The notes: a model not told the origin generated them from the letters alone. A stretch of DNA of 64,000 nucleotides from Octopus sinensis (GCF_006345805.1 NC_042999.1:151528001-151592000), one strand, 5' to 3'. Shown: positions 25,075-38,996, counted from the first letter of the stretch. Made by a program: numbers and translations.

Positions 25075-25950
25075 ATTCACAGATGGTTAGGATTGGTTTT
25101 TCCAACACAAAAAATCTCTTACAAATTATCTCTTTGCATAATAACAACCTGTTAAACATTAATACATTTACTAATACTAACATTAATTTAGCTAATACCA
25201 TCCATCCCTCTAGAAATATTAATAACAAAGTTATTGTATCTGAAGTCAATTCCAACAGAATTAAGTTTATGTCAAGTAACTCTAAAATTAAAAATTCTAT
25301 ATACCAGTGTATAATGAGTACTCGTAATAATGTACGATTTTACATTGGAAGCATGTCATTAGAGTTATCTAAAAGAATTTCAATCCATTACTCAACATTT
25401 AGGGATAGGAATAAACATAACAGTACTGGGCTCAGTAAATTAATTTGGGATCGAAAAGACCACAATGAACAATTCAATTTAGAATGGTTAATTCTCTCAA
25501 TCTCGATATCTTATGACAAAGGCAAGGAATTCTGTCTTCTCTGTAATTCTATTTTTCATTATTTTTTCTAAAAATCCCCCTAGTAAACACGGTTATAGAG
25601 CATGCATACCGATGTAAACATTGGCAAAAACACACCTTTAGTTCATATAAGTAATCTCTATCATTATATATAATTTAAACATTAATTTTCTTTTTATATT
25701 TAACATTCACTAAAAAAAAATATTCCTCCTCTTTCTATAGGTTACTTCTGATGTTATATCATATAACGTTTTTTCAGACAATATTAATAGCGTTCAGTAA
25801 ATCACTATACATATCCATCATTTTCTGTTAAAATGTCTTATTGACGAGTTTCATTTCTTCACTTCCCTGAAGAGAAGATTACATTACTTTACACCTTTTA
25901 TACTTTTGAATAATATCAGTGAAATCTTCGAAACATGTGTCAGAAGTAAA
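25075..25950 (+). mobile_element. Penelope-like element 3' remnant: GIY-YIG endonuclease plus 3' UTR
   Basis: SIYQCIMS..RFYIGSMSLELSKRISIHYSTFR..STGLSKLIWD..EWLIL..CLLC pattern, followed by a hammerhead motif. Confidence 0.85.
25861..25947 (+). ncRNA. Minimal type I hammerhead ribozyme motif
   Basis: ACTTC-C-CTGAAGA-GAAGATT-(42 nt)-AATCTTC-GAAAC-ATGT-GTC-A-GAAGT: canonical core, perfect 7-bp stem II, ACTTC/GAAGT stem I, GTC cleavage triplet. Confidence 0.75.
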
Positions 25951-26035
25951 AGTATTTGAATTATACCTGTGTTAAAACCCATTTATTTATCTATATATGG
26001 TGTGTGTGTGTGTGTATGTGTGGTGTGTGTGTGTG

Positions 26036-26070
<35 letters not shown>

Positions 26071-26131
26071 TGTGTGTGTGCGTGTGCATGTGCGTGTGTG
26101 TGCGTGTGTATGTATATATATATTATATATA

Positions 26132-26550
26132 CAGGCACAGAAGTGGCTGTGTGGTAAGTAGTTTGCTTACCAACCACATGGTTCTGGATTCAGTCCAACT
26201 GCATATAACCTTCAACAAGTTTCTTCTACTATAGCCTCGGGCCGACCAAACCCTTGTGAGTGGATTTGGTAGATGGAAACTGAAAGAAGCCTGCTATATA
26301 TATGTATATGTATATGTGTGTGTGTGTGTTTGTGAGTCTGTTTGTCTCCCCAACATTGCTTGACAACCGATGCTGGTGTGTTTACATCCCCATATCCCTA
26401 TAACTTAGCAGTTTAACAAAAGAGACTGATACAATAAGTACTAGGCCTACAAAGAATAAGTCTTGGGCCAATTTGCTCGACTAAAGGTGGTGCTCCAGCA
26501 GGGCTGCAGTCAAATGACTGAAACAAGTAAAAGAGTAAAAGAGTAAAGAG
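26132..26550 (+). mobile_element. SINE A
   Basis: Family consensus match. Confidence 0.85.
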
Positions 26551-26629
26551 AGTCCTGGAACTTTTTAATACCACCCCTACACACCTGTTCAGTCATACAC
26601 ATATTTACTCACACACAAACATAAATATT

Positions 26630-27140
26630 GATTTCAAATTTTGGCACAAGGCCAGCAGTTTCAGGAGCAGAGGTAAGTCATTTACATTGAACCCAGAACT
26701 CAACTGGTACTTATTTTATCAGACTCAATACTAAAATGGTTCTTATTTTATCAACCCCCAGTACTAAAATGGTTCTTATTTTATCGACCCCCGAAAGGAT
26801 AGAAGGTGACCTCAGCAGAATTTGAACTCAGAATGTAAAGGTGAACAAAATACCACGAAGGATTTTATCTTGCCCAGCATGCCAGTGATTCTGTTGGCTG
26901 ATAACTTTAATACAAACATAAATATTCTTTTCTACTCTAGGCAAAAGACCCAAAATTTTGGGGGATGGGGTGATTTGATTAGACTGACTTCAGTACACAA
27001 CTGGTACTTAATTTATCTACTCTGAAAGGATGAAAGGCAAAGTCGAACTCGGTGAAATTTGAACTCAGAACGTAAAGACGGACGAAATACTGCTAAGCAT
27101 TTCACCCGGCGTGCTAACATTTCTGCCAGCTCGCCACCTT
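26630..27140 (-). mobile_element. Cluster of SINE B copies and fragments
   Basis: Repeated reverse-complement cores (ggatgaaaggcaaagtcga, gaactcagaacgtaaag). Confidence 0.8.
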
Positions 27141-27944
27141 CACAAATATAGATATTAACACAGGCAAACTCACTTACATACTTACACTAACTCTCTATCT
27201 TAACTTCAGTTATTTTCTTTATCTCTGTCTTTGTCTGTCTGTCTGTCTGTCTCTCTCTCTGTCTCTCTGTCTCTCTCTCTCTTCTATTTAATTAATCTCA
27301 TTTCTTTATCAAACTCACAAACTTGGTAGCAGTTGAACTCAAAGTAAACAGCTTCAGAAATAAACAGTGTGGTATTCATAAGATGGTTTAATGACTTCTA
27401 TACTCTGGCAAATGGGAAATTTTGTGGATCATGTGGACATATTAAGATTATTTTGCCTCTTGAATCACAGTAAAAAAAACCCAAAAGCCCAAAACAAAAA
27501 CAAAACAAGAAGCTAGAAAGACAATTTTTGGAATCAAAATATTGCCATAGTTTCTTTCCTCTGCCATAAAGCCATTTCTTGATCTACTGTAGTTCCACTC
27601 TGTCAAATGGGTTCTCAGTCCTGCAGGCTGCAAGGCAACCTCACTAATGCTGGTGCTAGAAAAATTGCACCCAGCACATGATGTAAAGTGGTTGGCATTA
27701 GAAAGGGCTTCCAGCCATAGAAATCATGCCAATTTAGTAAGTTTCATGGATTGTTTGGACATGTCAAGATTATTTTATCACTTGATTCACAGTAAACAGA
27801 AAAAAAAACCCAATTTTGACTTAGTGGGCTGCATGGCGACCTCACTAGCACTGGTTCTATGAAAAATACCACCACCACCAAAGCATTCAAGGGCATCTGT
27901 AGAATCCAAAGTAGACACTGGAGCACTGTGCAGTCTTTGATCCC

Positions 27945-27957
27945 ATCACCATCATCG

Positions 27958-28017
<60 letters not shown>

Positions 28018-28327
28018 CCACCACCACCATCCTCCTCCTCCTCCTCCTCATCATCATCATCATCATCACCATCACCATCATCATCATCATGTAGCATCTG
28101 TTTTCCATGCTGGCATGGGTTGGATGGCTTGACAGGAACTGACAAGGCGAGGGGCTGCACCAGGCTTCATAGTCTGTTTTGGCTTGATTTTTTTACAGCT
28201 GGACAACTGCCTGAACCATGCCAGAAAACAGACATCGGAGCACAGTGCAGTCTTTGGACTTGTCGGATCCTGTCAAGCTATCCAACACATATCAGCTTGG
28301 CACATGGACTTTAAATGATGACGATGA

Positions 28328-28361
<34 letters not shown>

Positions 28362-28384
28362 GGTGGTGGTGGTGGTGGCGGCGG

Positions 28385-28425
<41 letters not shown>

Positions 28426-28464
28426 GTGGTGGTGTGGTGGTGGTGGTGGTGGTGGTGGTGGTGG

Positions 28465-28495
<31 letters not shown>

Positions 28496-29420
28496 GATGA
28501 TGATGATGAGGAGGAGGAGGAGGAGGGAGAGGAAATGAATCTCTGGACAATATTGTGAAGCAATCAGAGGATAATACAGACTGACCAACAAAGATACGGA
28601 TCATTTCAATATTATTAAACATATTATGAGAGATTTATAGTTTTAATTGAGGCATTCTTATACTTTAATACTGATTTGAGCGAACTCCAGACATTTAATT
28701 GTTACTTTAAATAGAAATGAAAAGCTAAATGAAGCACACGATGTGAAGTCATGTGGTGTTTGTTTCTTTCCCATATCCGCCCCCCCCCACTACACATGGA
28801 ATCTAATAATTATATCACTATACTACCTACCTCGTACTATAACCATCATCATCATTATCACAGTTGTCTCCGTCGTCATTGTCGTCTTCATCATCATCAT
28901 CAACATCATCATCATCATCATCGTCAAGTGTACAGTGACTACCACCATCACTGCTACCTCCATTGATGCCACCACTATCACTATCCATCATTATCATCAT
29001 CCTCCTCTTCACCTAGGCCAGTACTACCGCAACTAGTACCACCACAACCATTACCACTACAACCACCATCACCACCACCACCACAACCGCCACCACCATC
29101 ACCACCACCACCACCATAACTATCACTATTACCACCACCTCCGCCACCACAACTACCACCATTTTTGCCGCCGTCACCACTGCCGCTGCCACTGCCTCCG
29201 CCACAACTATCGCCTCTACCACAACCACCACCATCACTACCACCAACATCACCACCACCACCACCATTGTCACCACAACTGCCACAACCATCACCACCAC
29301 CACAACCAGCACCAGCACCAGCACCAGCACCACCGCCACCACCACTACCAACACCACCACCACCACCACCACCACCACCGCCACCACCACCGCCACCAGG
29401 AGCAGCAACATCACCTTATC
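27945..29420. repeat. Trinucleotide repeat cluster (CAT/GAT/GGT/CAC) with RTE tails
   Basis: Long (cat)n, (gat)n, (ggt)n and (cac)n arrays; produces the poly-His/Asp/Gly/Val ORFs. Confidence 0.95.
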
Positions 29421-30434
29421 TGCAACAGTATTTATTGCTTTTTAATTCAATAATCAGTCTCTCCTATTATTGATTCTTCGTACTCACTAACGTAGGGATC
29501 AATATGGAAGAATTTGCTTTGAGAACATTACAGCTAAAAATTACAAGAATTTAACAGGCAAAAAAAATAAATAAATATGATAAAAAAATGAGAGAAACAA
29601 ATTAAGAAAAAGATGAAGTTAAATAAGAAAAAAAAAACAAATGTGGAAAAAAGAAATGGAAGACTAGGAAATGGCTACAACCAAAATTCAAATAGATAAA
29701 TAAATAATCATATAAATATACAATTATTTTTCGTCCCACTGCCTTCAATAGAGTTTCTATTTCTAGCCAGAGAAATTGGACATTTCAATTTATTTGTTTG
29801 TTCAACGTCTGAAATCGTATTTTTTTTATTGTTTACTTTCTTTCCCTCCCCATTTCTCCCTCCCCTTCCACTCCCCACGTCTCCCTCACCCTTTTCGTTC
29901 TCTCCTTCTCTGGCCCTCCCTTCCCCACCATATTATTTCACACACATATATATATATGTGTGTGTGTGTGTGTGTATGTAGAAGTGCATATGTGTGTGTG
30001 TGTGTATTTTTAAAATTTCCCTATTCTTTTATGCAGTTCAGCCCTGTGGATGTGGCCATGCTGGGACATTGTCGGTATCATCACCAGTATCATATATATT
30101 TGGCTTTTAGAGAAGGAGGGTGTTTGATATTTCTGCTCTCTTTTGAGTTTCCTGCCATGATGTAGGTTCATCTGGCATCTTGGACAGTGAAAGGTCAAGA
30201 TGCTTCTAAAAAAATTCTACTCCATCCCTCCCATACACACCATGTACATCTTTCAGGTGTTTTAGCATGATATTAAATAGTTTAGGGCTTTTGGATCCCA
30301 GGTTATTGCAGAACCTGGTCCTCATTCTAGATAGGATGAGTAGGATCTTTGGAACAGTGCAGTGGTATTTTGTTCAGGTGCTGGTATAACTCTCAATATC
30401 AAAATGTGGTGCCAACTCCTCAAAGATCTTCCAT

Positions 30435-30597
30435 AGGCATAGGAGTGGCTGTGTGGTAAGTAGTTTGCTTATGAACCACATGGTTCCGGGTTCAGTCCCA
30501 CTTTGTAACACCTTGGGCAAGTGTCTTCTACTATAGCCTCAGGCCGACCAAAGCCTTGTGAGTGATTTGGTAGATGGAAACTGAAAGAAGCCCGTCG

Positions 30598-30629
<32 letters not shown>

Positions 30630-30915
30630 TATATACATATATATATATACACATACATATATATGTATGTATGTGTGTATGTATATGTTTGTGTGTCTGT
30701 GTTTGTCACCCTCTCCCCACAACATCACTTGACAACCGATGCTGATGTGTTTACATCCCCGTAACTTAGCGGTTCGGCAAAAGAGACCGATAGAATAAGT
30801 ACTAGGCTTACAAAGAGTAAGTCCTGGGGTCAATTTGCTCAACTAAAGGAGGTGCTCCAGCATGGCCACAGTCAAATGACTGAAACAAGTAAAAGAGAGT
30901 AAAAGAGTAAAGAGT
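30435..30915 (+). mobile_element. SINE A
   Basis: Family consensus match. Confidence 0.85.
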
Positions 30916-30949
30916 ATGTATATCCTTGCATATTTTATCAGTCTTTGCA

Positions 30950-31770
30950 TAGGATTTACAATGAATAGAGCCATAATAATTGAGCCATAATTCTTCCAGT
31001 CTCTCCAACTCAAATTCTGCTCTTAATTTGACACCATGGAGAGACCATAGTTGAGAACAATAGTCCAGACAGCTGAGAACAAAAGTCCTCCATAGGACGA
31101 GCATACTTTCCTGGTTCCTTGCTCTGAAAGTTCTCAGGATCCATCTGGCCATTTTCCTGCACATTACTGCCATCATGGTGATATGTTCATGAAATGAGGC
31201 ATCATTGCTCATATCAGTACCCAAGCAGTATATCATGTTTGACTCCAGAACTGCAGCTCCCTTTGGTCAAAAGTATCTTTGTTGTGATATCTTAGCACTA
31301 GCTGGCTGATAGCAGAGGACTTGGAATTTTCCTGCATTAAATTGCATGTTGTTTTCTGCCGTTCATTTATATATGGCATCTAGATCTTTCTGCCAAAGAT
31401 TAGCACTGAGAGGTTCTTTGACTACTTGTGTTACTTTTGTATCATTGGCATAGGTAGTTATTGCGGCAGTCTGTGTAATTGGTAGCATCTCTGAGAGAGC
31501 CACCACAAGTGGCAATGGTCCCAAGATAAATCCCTGAAGCACTCCGTTTGATATTAATGCCTCCTTGGAGAGAGCCCCAATGGCTGCCACAGCCTGGCTT
31601 CTGTCATTGATGAGGTCATATAACCACTTTCCTAGTTTTCCAATTATGCTGAATCTTTGTAGCTTGTGACATATCATGCAGTAATTAACCTTATCGCACT
31701 CACATTTGAGTAGTTCATTAGTTGTTTCAACACCCAGTCATAATGCTGCAGAAGCTGTGTTAGGCAGTTT
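30950..31770 (-). pseudogene. CR1-group LINE reverse transcriptase remnant
   Basis: GKLGKWLYDLINDRSQAV, NGVLQGFILGPL, YANDTK (YADD equivalent), NNMQFNAGKFQVL, WILRTFR..LWRTFVLSCLDYCSQLWS. Confidence 0.85.
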
Positions 31771-33229
31771 TTTTTACTGACTGGAAGCCATACTGAGTAC
31801 CAGGGGTTAAATTATTATCTTTTTGGAATCTGATCATCTTCCTTCCTTTATTCAGAATGTTACCAGCAGCTTCATGCTGCTACTGCACTTGGCAATATTA
31901 AAAACTCTTCAGACATGTTGACTGGAAGTGCATAGATATGTATAAACCCTAGTTAACTTTGTGTTGGTAAAAAAATCAGAGTAAAATATTGTGAAAAAAT
32001 TATAACATTTTCTGGGAGAGAAAGATGAGTCACTTCCTGTGGAATGATGTTAGCCATGTTCGAATTTTGTCAATTGTGTGTCTGTATATATATGTCACTC
32101 TCTAGTAGAAAATTGCCAAATTGCCAAAGTGGATTTCTGCTCATGAGGACAGCATCCAAATATTTCTCTTTTTAAATCCGTGAAAGAACTTGGATTGTGT
32201 GAATTTTTAGAATGATTCTCCTTTTTGTCAAGCAAAGTTTGTAATACTTCCTTCCATTTAGATATGGCCCAGGTCATTCCAGTAATATCCAGTTGGTTTT
32301 GTACACTGTTGCTTCATTTTTTAATTGTCATAAATAGCTAGTTTATGTAACACTGTGCCTCTCTTGGATAGTGAAAGAGAGCCATGAAAATCATACCAAA
32401 ACACACTCAGAAGCATGGAGGAGGATCCCACCTGGCCAGCTCCTGTCACACTGTCCAACCCATGCCAGCATGGAAGGAGGATGTTAAACAATGATGATGA
32501 TGTTGATGATGATCTGTAATTATTTGACCTGGCCTTAAAGTGGCCCTCCACTGTACCAACATATATATCTATATGTGGGTTGCTTTGATATTTTTGGTCG
32601 ACATCACATCTGCTTTGTAAGCCATTGTTTCATGTATTGTATTGACCATTCACTGGGCATTCATTGTAAATCCTATGTGAGTATACTGTTTCTTCCTGTG
32701 ATCTAAAGGTTCCTACTAATATTTTTAATGATAGGCTCACACTCACACACATATGTGCATACACATGCATACACACACACACACATATATATATATATAT
32801 GCATACTCATTCATACACACACTTCACATATACAGCATCAATACCAAAAGAAATTCTGTTAGCTCTTAAAATATTTCTCTAGCAATATTTTTGATGTGTG
32901 TCATTTGGGTAAGAAACTTGAAATAAAAAGAAAATTGTCAACCTGTTTCTATCTCTTTCCCATGCTGTAACCTGTAAATGCCTACATTAAAGCAGCCTCT
33001 ATCTTTACTATACTTCCACTTCATCAACAGGGATCTTTAGTCTTGCGAGTTACATGATGACCTGATTAGTGCTGGTATCATCCAGTGGATTCTCTCAAGT
33101 GGTCGGCATTAGGAAGAGCATACAATCATAGAAACCAAGCCAGAGCAGATATTGGGGCATAATACAACCCTCTGGATCTTGTTGAATTATCCAACTCATG
33201 TCAGTATGGAAGACAGATGGTAAATGTAA

Positions 33230-33672
33230 ATAGGAATGGCTGTGTGGTAAGTAGTTTGCTTACCAACCACATGGTTCCGGGTTCAATCCCACTTCATGGC
33301 ACCTTGAGCAAGTGTCTTCTACTGTAGCCTTGGGCAGACCAAAGCCTTGTGAGTGGATTTGGTAGATGGAAACTGAAAGAAGCCTGTCATATATACGTGT
33401 GTGTGTGTGTGTGTATGTTTGTGTGTGTGTTTGTGTGTGTGTGTATGTGTGTGTGTGTAAATGTCTGTGTGTCTATGTTTGTCCACCTACCGTTGCTTGA
33501 CAACAGATGTTGGTGTGTTTACGACCATGTAACTTTGCAGTTTGGCAAAAGAGACCAATGGAATAAGTACCAGGCTTACAAAGAATAAGTCCTGGGGTCG
33601 ATTTGTTTGACTAAAGGCAGTGCTCCAGTAATGGCTGCAGTCAAATGACTGAAACAAATAAAAGAATTAAAG
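33230..33672 (+). mobile_element. SINE A
   Basis: Family consensus match. Confidence 0.85.
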
Positions 33673-33682
33673 AATATATATA

Positions 33683-33727
<45 letters not shown>

Positions 33728-33733
33728 ATATAC

Positions 33734-34075
33734 TGCAAATAATCAGAAAATGAAGAAAACCACAGATTAACCAACACATCGATTGGACCACATTTATAGC
33801 TTTTTAATACAGAGCATGACATAACAAAATAGACATTTTGTTATGTCATGCTTTGTATTAAAGAATAAGCTATAAATGTGATCCAATCAATGTGTTTGTA
33901 ATTCTGTGGTTTTCTCTATTTTCTAATTATTTGCATTGGTTCCTGATAAACTCTTGTTTATCCTGTTGTTATCTGCACTCTATATGTATGGTGTGCCTGC
34001 ACTCCATTACCTGGTGATAATACAGGTAACGGATCGAATACCGAAAGTATATACTGTATTTTATCCCTTAGTTAC
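33734..34075. mobile_element. PLE-derived element with a ~100-bp inverted (fold-back) duplication
   Basis: 33734-33830 is reverse-complementary to 33835-33935; same family as 1895-2700. Confidence 0.7.
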
Positions 34076-34102
34076 TATAACTACTAACACTGCTTACATA
34101 TA

Positions 34103-34930
34103 TATTGGGCTGGCAACTAAGTTCCCACTGTTTTTTTAAACTTTGGAATTTATTAAGTTTTTAAATTGTGGAATCTATTTTTTGTGAGAATTCTATTTTT
34201 GAATCATTTGGAATTTATTTTTTTCTAGTTAACTTTTGTTAATTTTTGTTTATTTTCAGTTCATTAAAATGGAATGTCAAGATAAGCAAAACCAGCATTT
34301 TCGACACTTCCTTCTTTTTGCTTTTAATCAAGGATCTAAGGCCGCAAAAGCTGCTCGTACATTTGTGCTGTGTATGGAGAGGGTGCCATAGCTGAAAGAA
34401 CCACTCGTGATTGGTATGCCAAGTTCAAAAATGGAAATTTTGACCTCAAGGACGCACCTCATTCTGGCCGTCCAGTTGAGTTCAATGAAGAGTGATTAAA
34501 CCAACTTTTGCATGAAAATTCTCATCAAACGACAAGGGAACTGGCAGAGAAAATGGAATGCTCCCATACAGCTATAGGGAAGCATCATCACTTGATGGGA
34601 AAGGTTCAGAAGTACGGAGCATTGCCAGTATGACCAAGGAAGCCATTCGAACACATGGCTGGGAAGTGCTGCCACACCAGCCGTACTTTCCTGATTTGGT
34701 ACCAATGAACTTCCACCTCTTTTAATCTCTTTCAAATGCTCTGCATGAAGTTTTGTTCAATACTGATGCAGAATTGAGAGCTTGGTTGGATCAATTTTTC
34801 AAGTCGAAATTGGGTGATTTCTACCAATGAGGTATTGAAATTCTTGTTGAACATTGGGAAGAAGTTGTAAACAACACGGGTAAGTACATTATTGATTAAT
34901 TAGTTGTTATTTTTTATTAAACCTTTTAAA
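34103..34930 (+). pseudogene. Internally deleted mariner transposon
   Basis: TA-ttgggctggcaactaag end; translation gives HFRHFLLFAFNQG, WYAKFKNGNFDLKD.PHSGRP, WEVLPHQPYFPDL, GIEILVEHWEEVVNNTGKYIID; the central catalytic region is missing. Confidence 0.85.
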
Positions 34931-35689
34931 AAATTTAAATTAAAAAAAAAACGGGTTGAATGAATTGACCCCAGCAGTACTTATTTTTTTAAAGCCTGGT
35001 ATAAATTGTATCAATTTATTTTGCTGACCTAAGTTACAGGGGCATAAACCACACCAACGCCAGTTGTCAAATTGTTGTGGGGGTGGTGGTGGTGGGAAAA
35101 ACAGACACAAAGTTACAGACATATAGATTATCATCATCATCATCATCATCATCATCAGCATTTAACATCTGTTGTCCATGCTGGCATGGGTTGGATGGTT
35201 TGACCAGGGCTGGTAAGCTGGAAGGCTGCACCAGACTCCAGTCTAAATTAGCATGATTTCCTACGGGTCGATGCCTTTCCTAATGCTAACCACTCCAAGA
35301 AAGCGATAGGTGCTTATAGATATATATTCAGATTTATGCGACAAACTTCTTTCAATTCCCGTCAACCAAATCCACTCACAAAGCTTTGTCTGGCTCAAGG
35401 CTACAGTAGAAGACATTTGTCCAATGTGCTACACACTGGGACTGAACCTGGAACTGTGTGGTTATGAAGCAAGCTTCTTACCACAAATCCACACCTGTGT
35501 CTACTCTTTTTCTTTTCTTTTCCTCTCTTTCTTCTCTTCCCAGCCTCTCCTCTAGAATTTTACAAAGGTCTCTGTCCAAGACATTATACTTCTATTCTAA
35601 AATTTTTATCTTTTTTCCCTTTTATGTTAGTATTAGCCTAATAATAGTATCCTTGGTTTTTTGTTGTTATCTGTTATTCGTATTTGCTT

Positions 35690-35867
35690 TATTAACACAC
35701 ACACACACACACGTACACACACACACACGTACACACACACACACACACACATACACACACACACACAGAGATTGGCACACACACATATATATATATACAT
35801 ACAATATATGTATGTGTGTGTATAATATATGCTAACTGAGCATTTCAGAGAGTATATATATATATAT

Positions 35868-35916
<49 letters not shown>

Positions 35917-36380
35917 ATATGTATATATGCGTATTTGTTAACATACATATATACCTACACACACACACACATAGATATACACACATATATACATACATAT
36001 ACATATATATCTTTATATATATATATACATATATATACACACACATACATAGATATATGCACATATATATACATACATATACATACATATATATATATGT
36101 GTGTGTGTGTATAATATATGCTAACTGTGCATTTTAGAGAGTGTATATATATATATGTGTGTGTGTGTGTGTTGTGTGTGTATATGTATGTATGTATGTA
36201 CGTATGTATAAATGTGTGTATTTTGTTAACATACATATATATATACCGACACACACACTTATATAAATATGTACATGCACATTAATATAATTTCATTTTA
36301 TTTTACTTCATTGCTGTACTTATATGCAGTTTCTCTCTCTACACACACACACCACCCAAACACATGCACACGTGTGTATG
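35690..36380. repeat. Compound CA/TA microsatellite
   Basis: Directly visible. Confidence 0.9.
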
Positions 36381-36769
36381 CAAATATACAGGAAGAGTTG
36401 AATAAATACTCACTTGCAAATACACACATCATCATTATAATTATATAATGTCTTTCAATATGAGTTTGCTTGTGTATTCATGTGTTTGCATGTATTTAGT
36501 ATTGTCTCTCTGTGTGTTTATGTGTACGTGTCTGTGAGTCTGTGTGTCTATGTTTAATGTCTGTACATCTTCACATTGAAGGAGATAAAGGTATAAGAGG
36601 AAAACCAAATACAATTATTTTATCGATCAGGAAACATTGTCAAAATGTTTGGCTGTGCTTCACATCTCTGTGCAGTCATCTAAGATATCAAGATTGAATC
36701 AGAAAATGAATGCAGCAAAATCATGTCTCTGTTTATGATTGTACTGATTCATTGTTTAGCCCCAGGTCA

Positions 36770-37500
36770 ACCCTGATCAGCCAAACATAAGGTCAAAGGC
36801 AATCTCAATCTATAAGACCTAAGATCAAACCCAGCTTCAATCAAGTGGACCAAAGGTCAAAGACAGCCTTAACCAAGCAGATCTAAGATCAAACACAGCC
36901 TTAATCAAGTTGACCTAAGATCAAAGGTAGCCTCTATGAAGCAGACCTAAGATCAAAAGCTGCCTGAGTCAAGCTGGCTTAAGGTAAGACCTAAGATTAA
37001 AGGCAGTCTCAATCAAGCAGACCAAAGGTCAAATACAGCCTTAATCAAGCAGATATAAGATCAAAGACAGCCTGAATCAAGTGGACCTAAGATCTAAGGT
37101 AGCCTCAATGAAGTAGACTTAAGATCAAAGGCAGACTGAGTCAAGCAGATCAAAGGTCAAAGACAGGTTTTTGTAGTTCACTCATACATTTGCTTGATTT
37201 CTCCATATCTTCCATTGAAAAGACCTCAAATTCATGGTTGGTGTCAAAAGGGTTAACCAAGCAAATCTAAGATCACAGACAGCCTCATTCAAGTGGACCT
37301 AAGATCAAAGGCAGCCTCAATGAAGCAGACCTAAGATCAAAAGCTGCCTGAGTCAAGCTGGCTTAAGGTCAAAGATAGCCTTAATGAAGCAGACATCAGA
37401 TCAAAGACAGCCTTGATCAAGTGGATCTAAGATCAAAAGCAGCCTCAATAAAGCAGACTTTAAGAAAACCTAAGATCAAAGTCAGTATCAATCATGCAAA
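36770..37500 (+). repeat. 32-bp minisatellite, about 18 diverged units
   Basis: Consensus gacctaagatcaaaggcagcctcaatcaagca; interrupted at about 37168-37257. Confidence 0.9.
37168..37257 (-). mobile_element. piggyBac-type MITE end
   Basis: Ends ggtgtcaaaagggTTAA, matching the terminus of 12988-13217. Confidence 0.6.
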
Positions 37501-38015
37501 TTTAAGATTAAAGGTACTCCAGCCATTACCATCCCATTTTTTAGGGCTATGTATGATTACCCTATTGAATGCAGCAGTTCTGAAACACCAGTGCTTCATA
37601 ACACTGAAAAATATATTTGAAATTTTATTTACTCTTTCTGTTCTTCATCAAAGGGGAGAGAAAATAGAATCTTCTTCCATTTAATTCTTCTTTTTTTGCC
37701 ATTCAAAAAAAAATTTAGTTTATTTTAAACTAAATGAGAACAAACATGGAGGGTCATTAGACAAGAACAAGAGTAAAATAGTGAATGCTGGAGAAATGTT
37801 TTCTTTGACAAGAGAAAAGATAGGAGAGAGGGATTTTTTTTATATCCAGTCCTTAGGACGGTCCTGAAAGAAAAGAAAAATGATCACGTGAAGAAAAGAA
37901 ACATATGGAATTAGAGAAAAGGATGAGAGAAAAACAGTATAGAGTCGCATCAAAAAGATAAAAATAAACTTACTTGGAAATGGATATATATATACACATA
38001 TGTACATACATATGT

Positions 38016-38077
<62 letters not shown>

Positions 38078-38405
38078 AAGGGCATCCAGCTGTAGAAACA
38101 CTGCCAGATCAGACTGGGCCTGGCGCAGCCTTCTGGCTTCCCAGACCCCAGTTGAACTGTCCAACCCATGCTAGCATGGAAAGCAGACGTTAAACGATAT
38201 TGATGATGATGATGATACGACGAGCTTCTTTCAGTTTCCGTCTACCAAATCCACTCACAAGGTTTAGGTTGGCCTGAGGCTTTAGTGGAAGACAGTTGCC
38301 CAAGGTGCTACACAGTGGGACCGAACCCGGAACAATGTGGTTGGTGAGTAAGCTACTTTCCACACAACCAACACACACACAAATATATATATATATATAT
38401 ATAAT

Positions 38406-38474
<69 letters not shown>

Positions 38475-38489
38475 CATATATATACTTTC

Positions 38490-38661
38490 GTTGTTGCAGC
38501 ATCTATAGTAGTAATAGTAGTGATGGTGATGTTGACAATGGTTTTGGCATTTGTGGCAATGGTGGTATTGGCAGCAACTGCATCATCATCATCAACATCA
38601 TTATCCTCAACAATCAGTAGCAGCAACAACTGTAACAACAGTAACAAGAGCAGAAACGGTT

Positions 38662-38692
<31 letters not shown>

Positions 38693-38693
38693 C

Positions 38694-38732
<39 letters not shown>

Positions 38733-38941
38733 GGTGGTGGTGGTGGTGGTGGTAGTGGTGGTGGTGGTGATGGTGGTGATGGTGGTGATGGTGGTGGTTG
38801 TGGCTGTGAAAGCGGTAGCAGCAGCAGTGGTGGTGGCGGCAGCAGCAGTGGGGGCAATGGTGGCGGTGGCAGTGATAATGGTCAGTAGAAGTGACAGCAG
38901 CAGCAACAGCAGCAGTAGTAATTTTCTGAGTCACTGCACAC

Positions 38942-38996
<55 letters not shown>

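Noticed and set aside
27319-27404. Minus-strand exon with strong splice-like sites
   Set aside because: Stop codons in all three frames.
27744-29473. Poly-His/Asp/Gly/Pro/Val ORFs
   Set aside because: Trinucleotide arrays open in several frames on both strands, with no unique flanking coding sequence or splice context.
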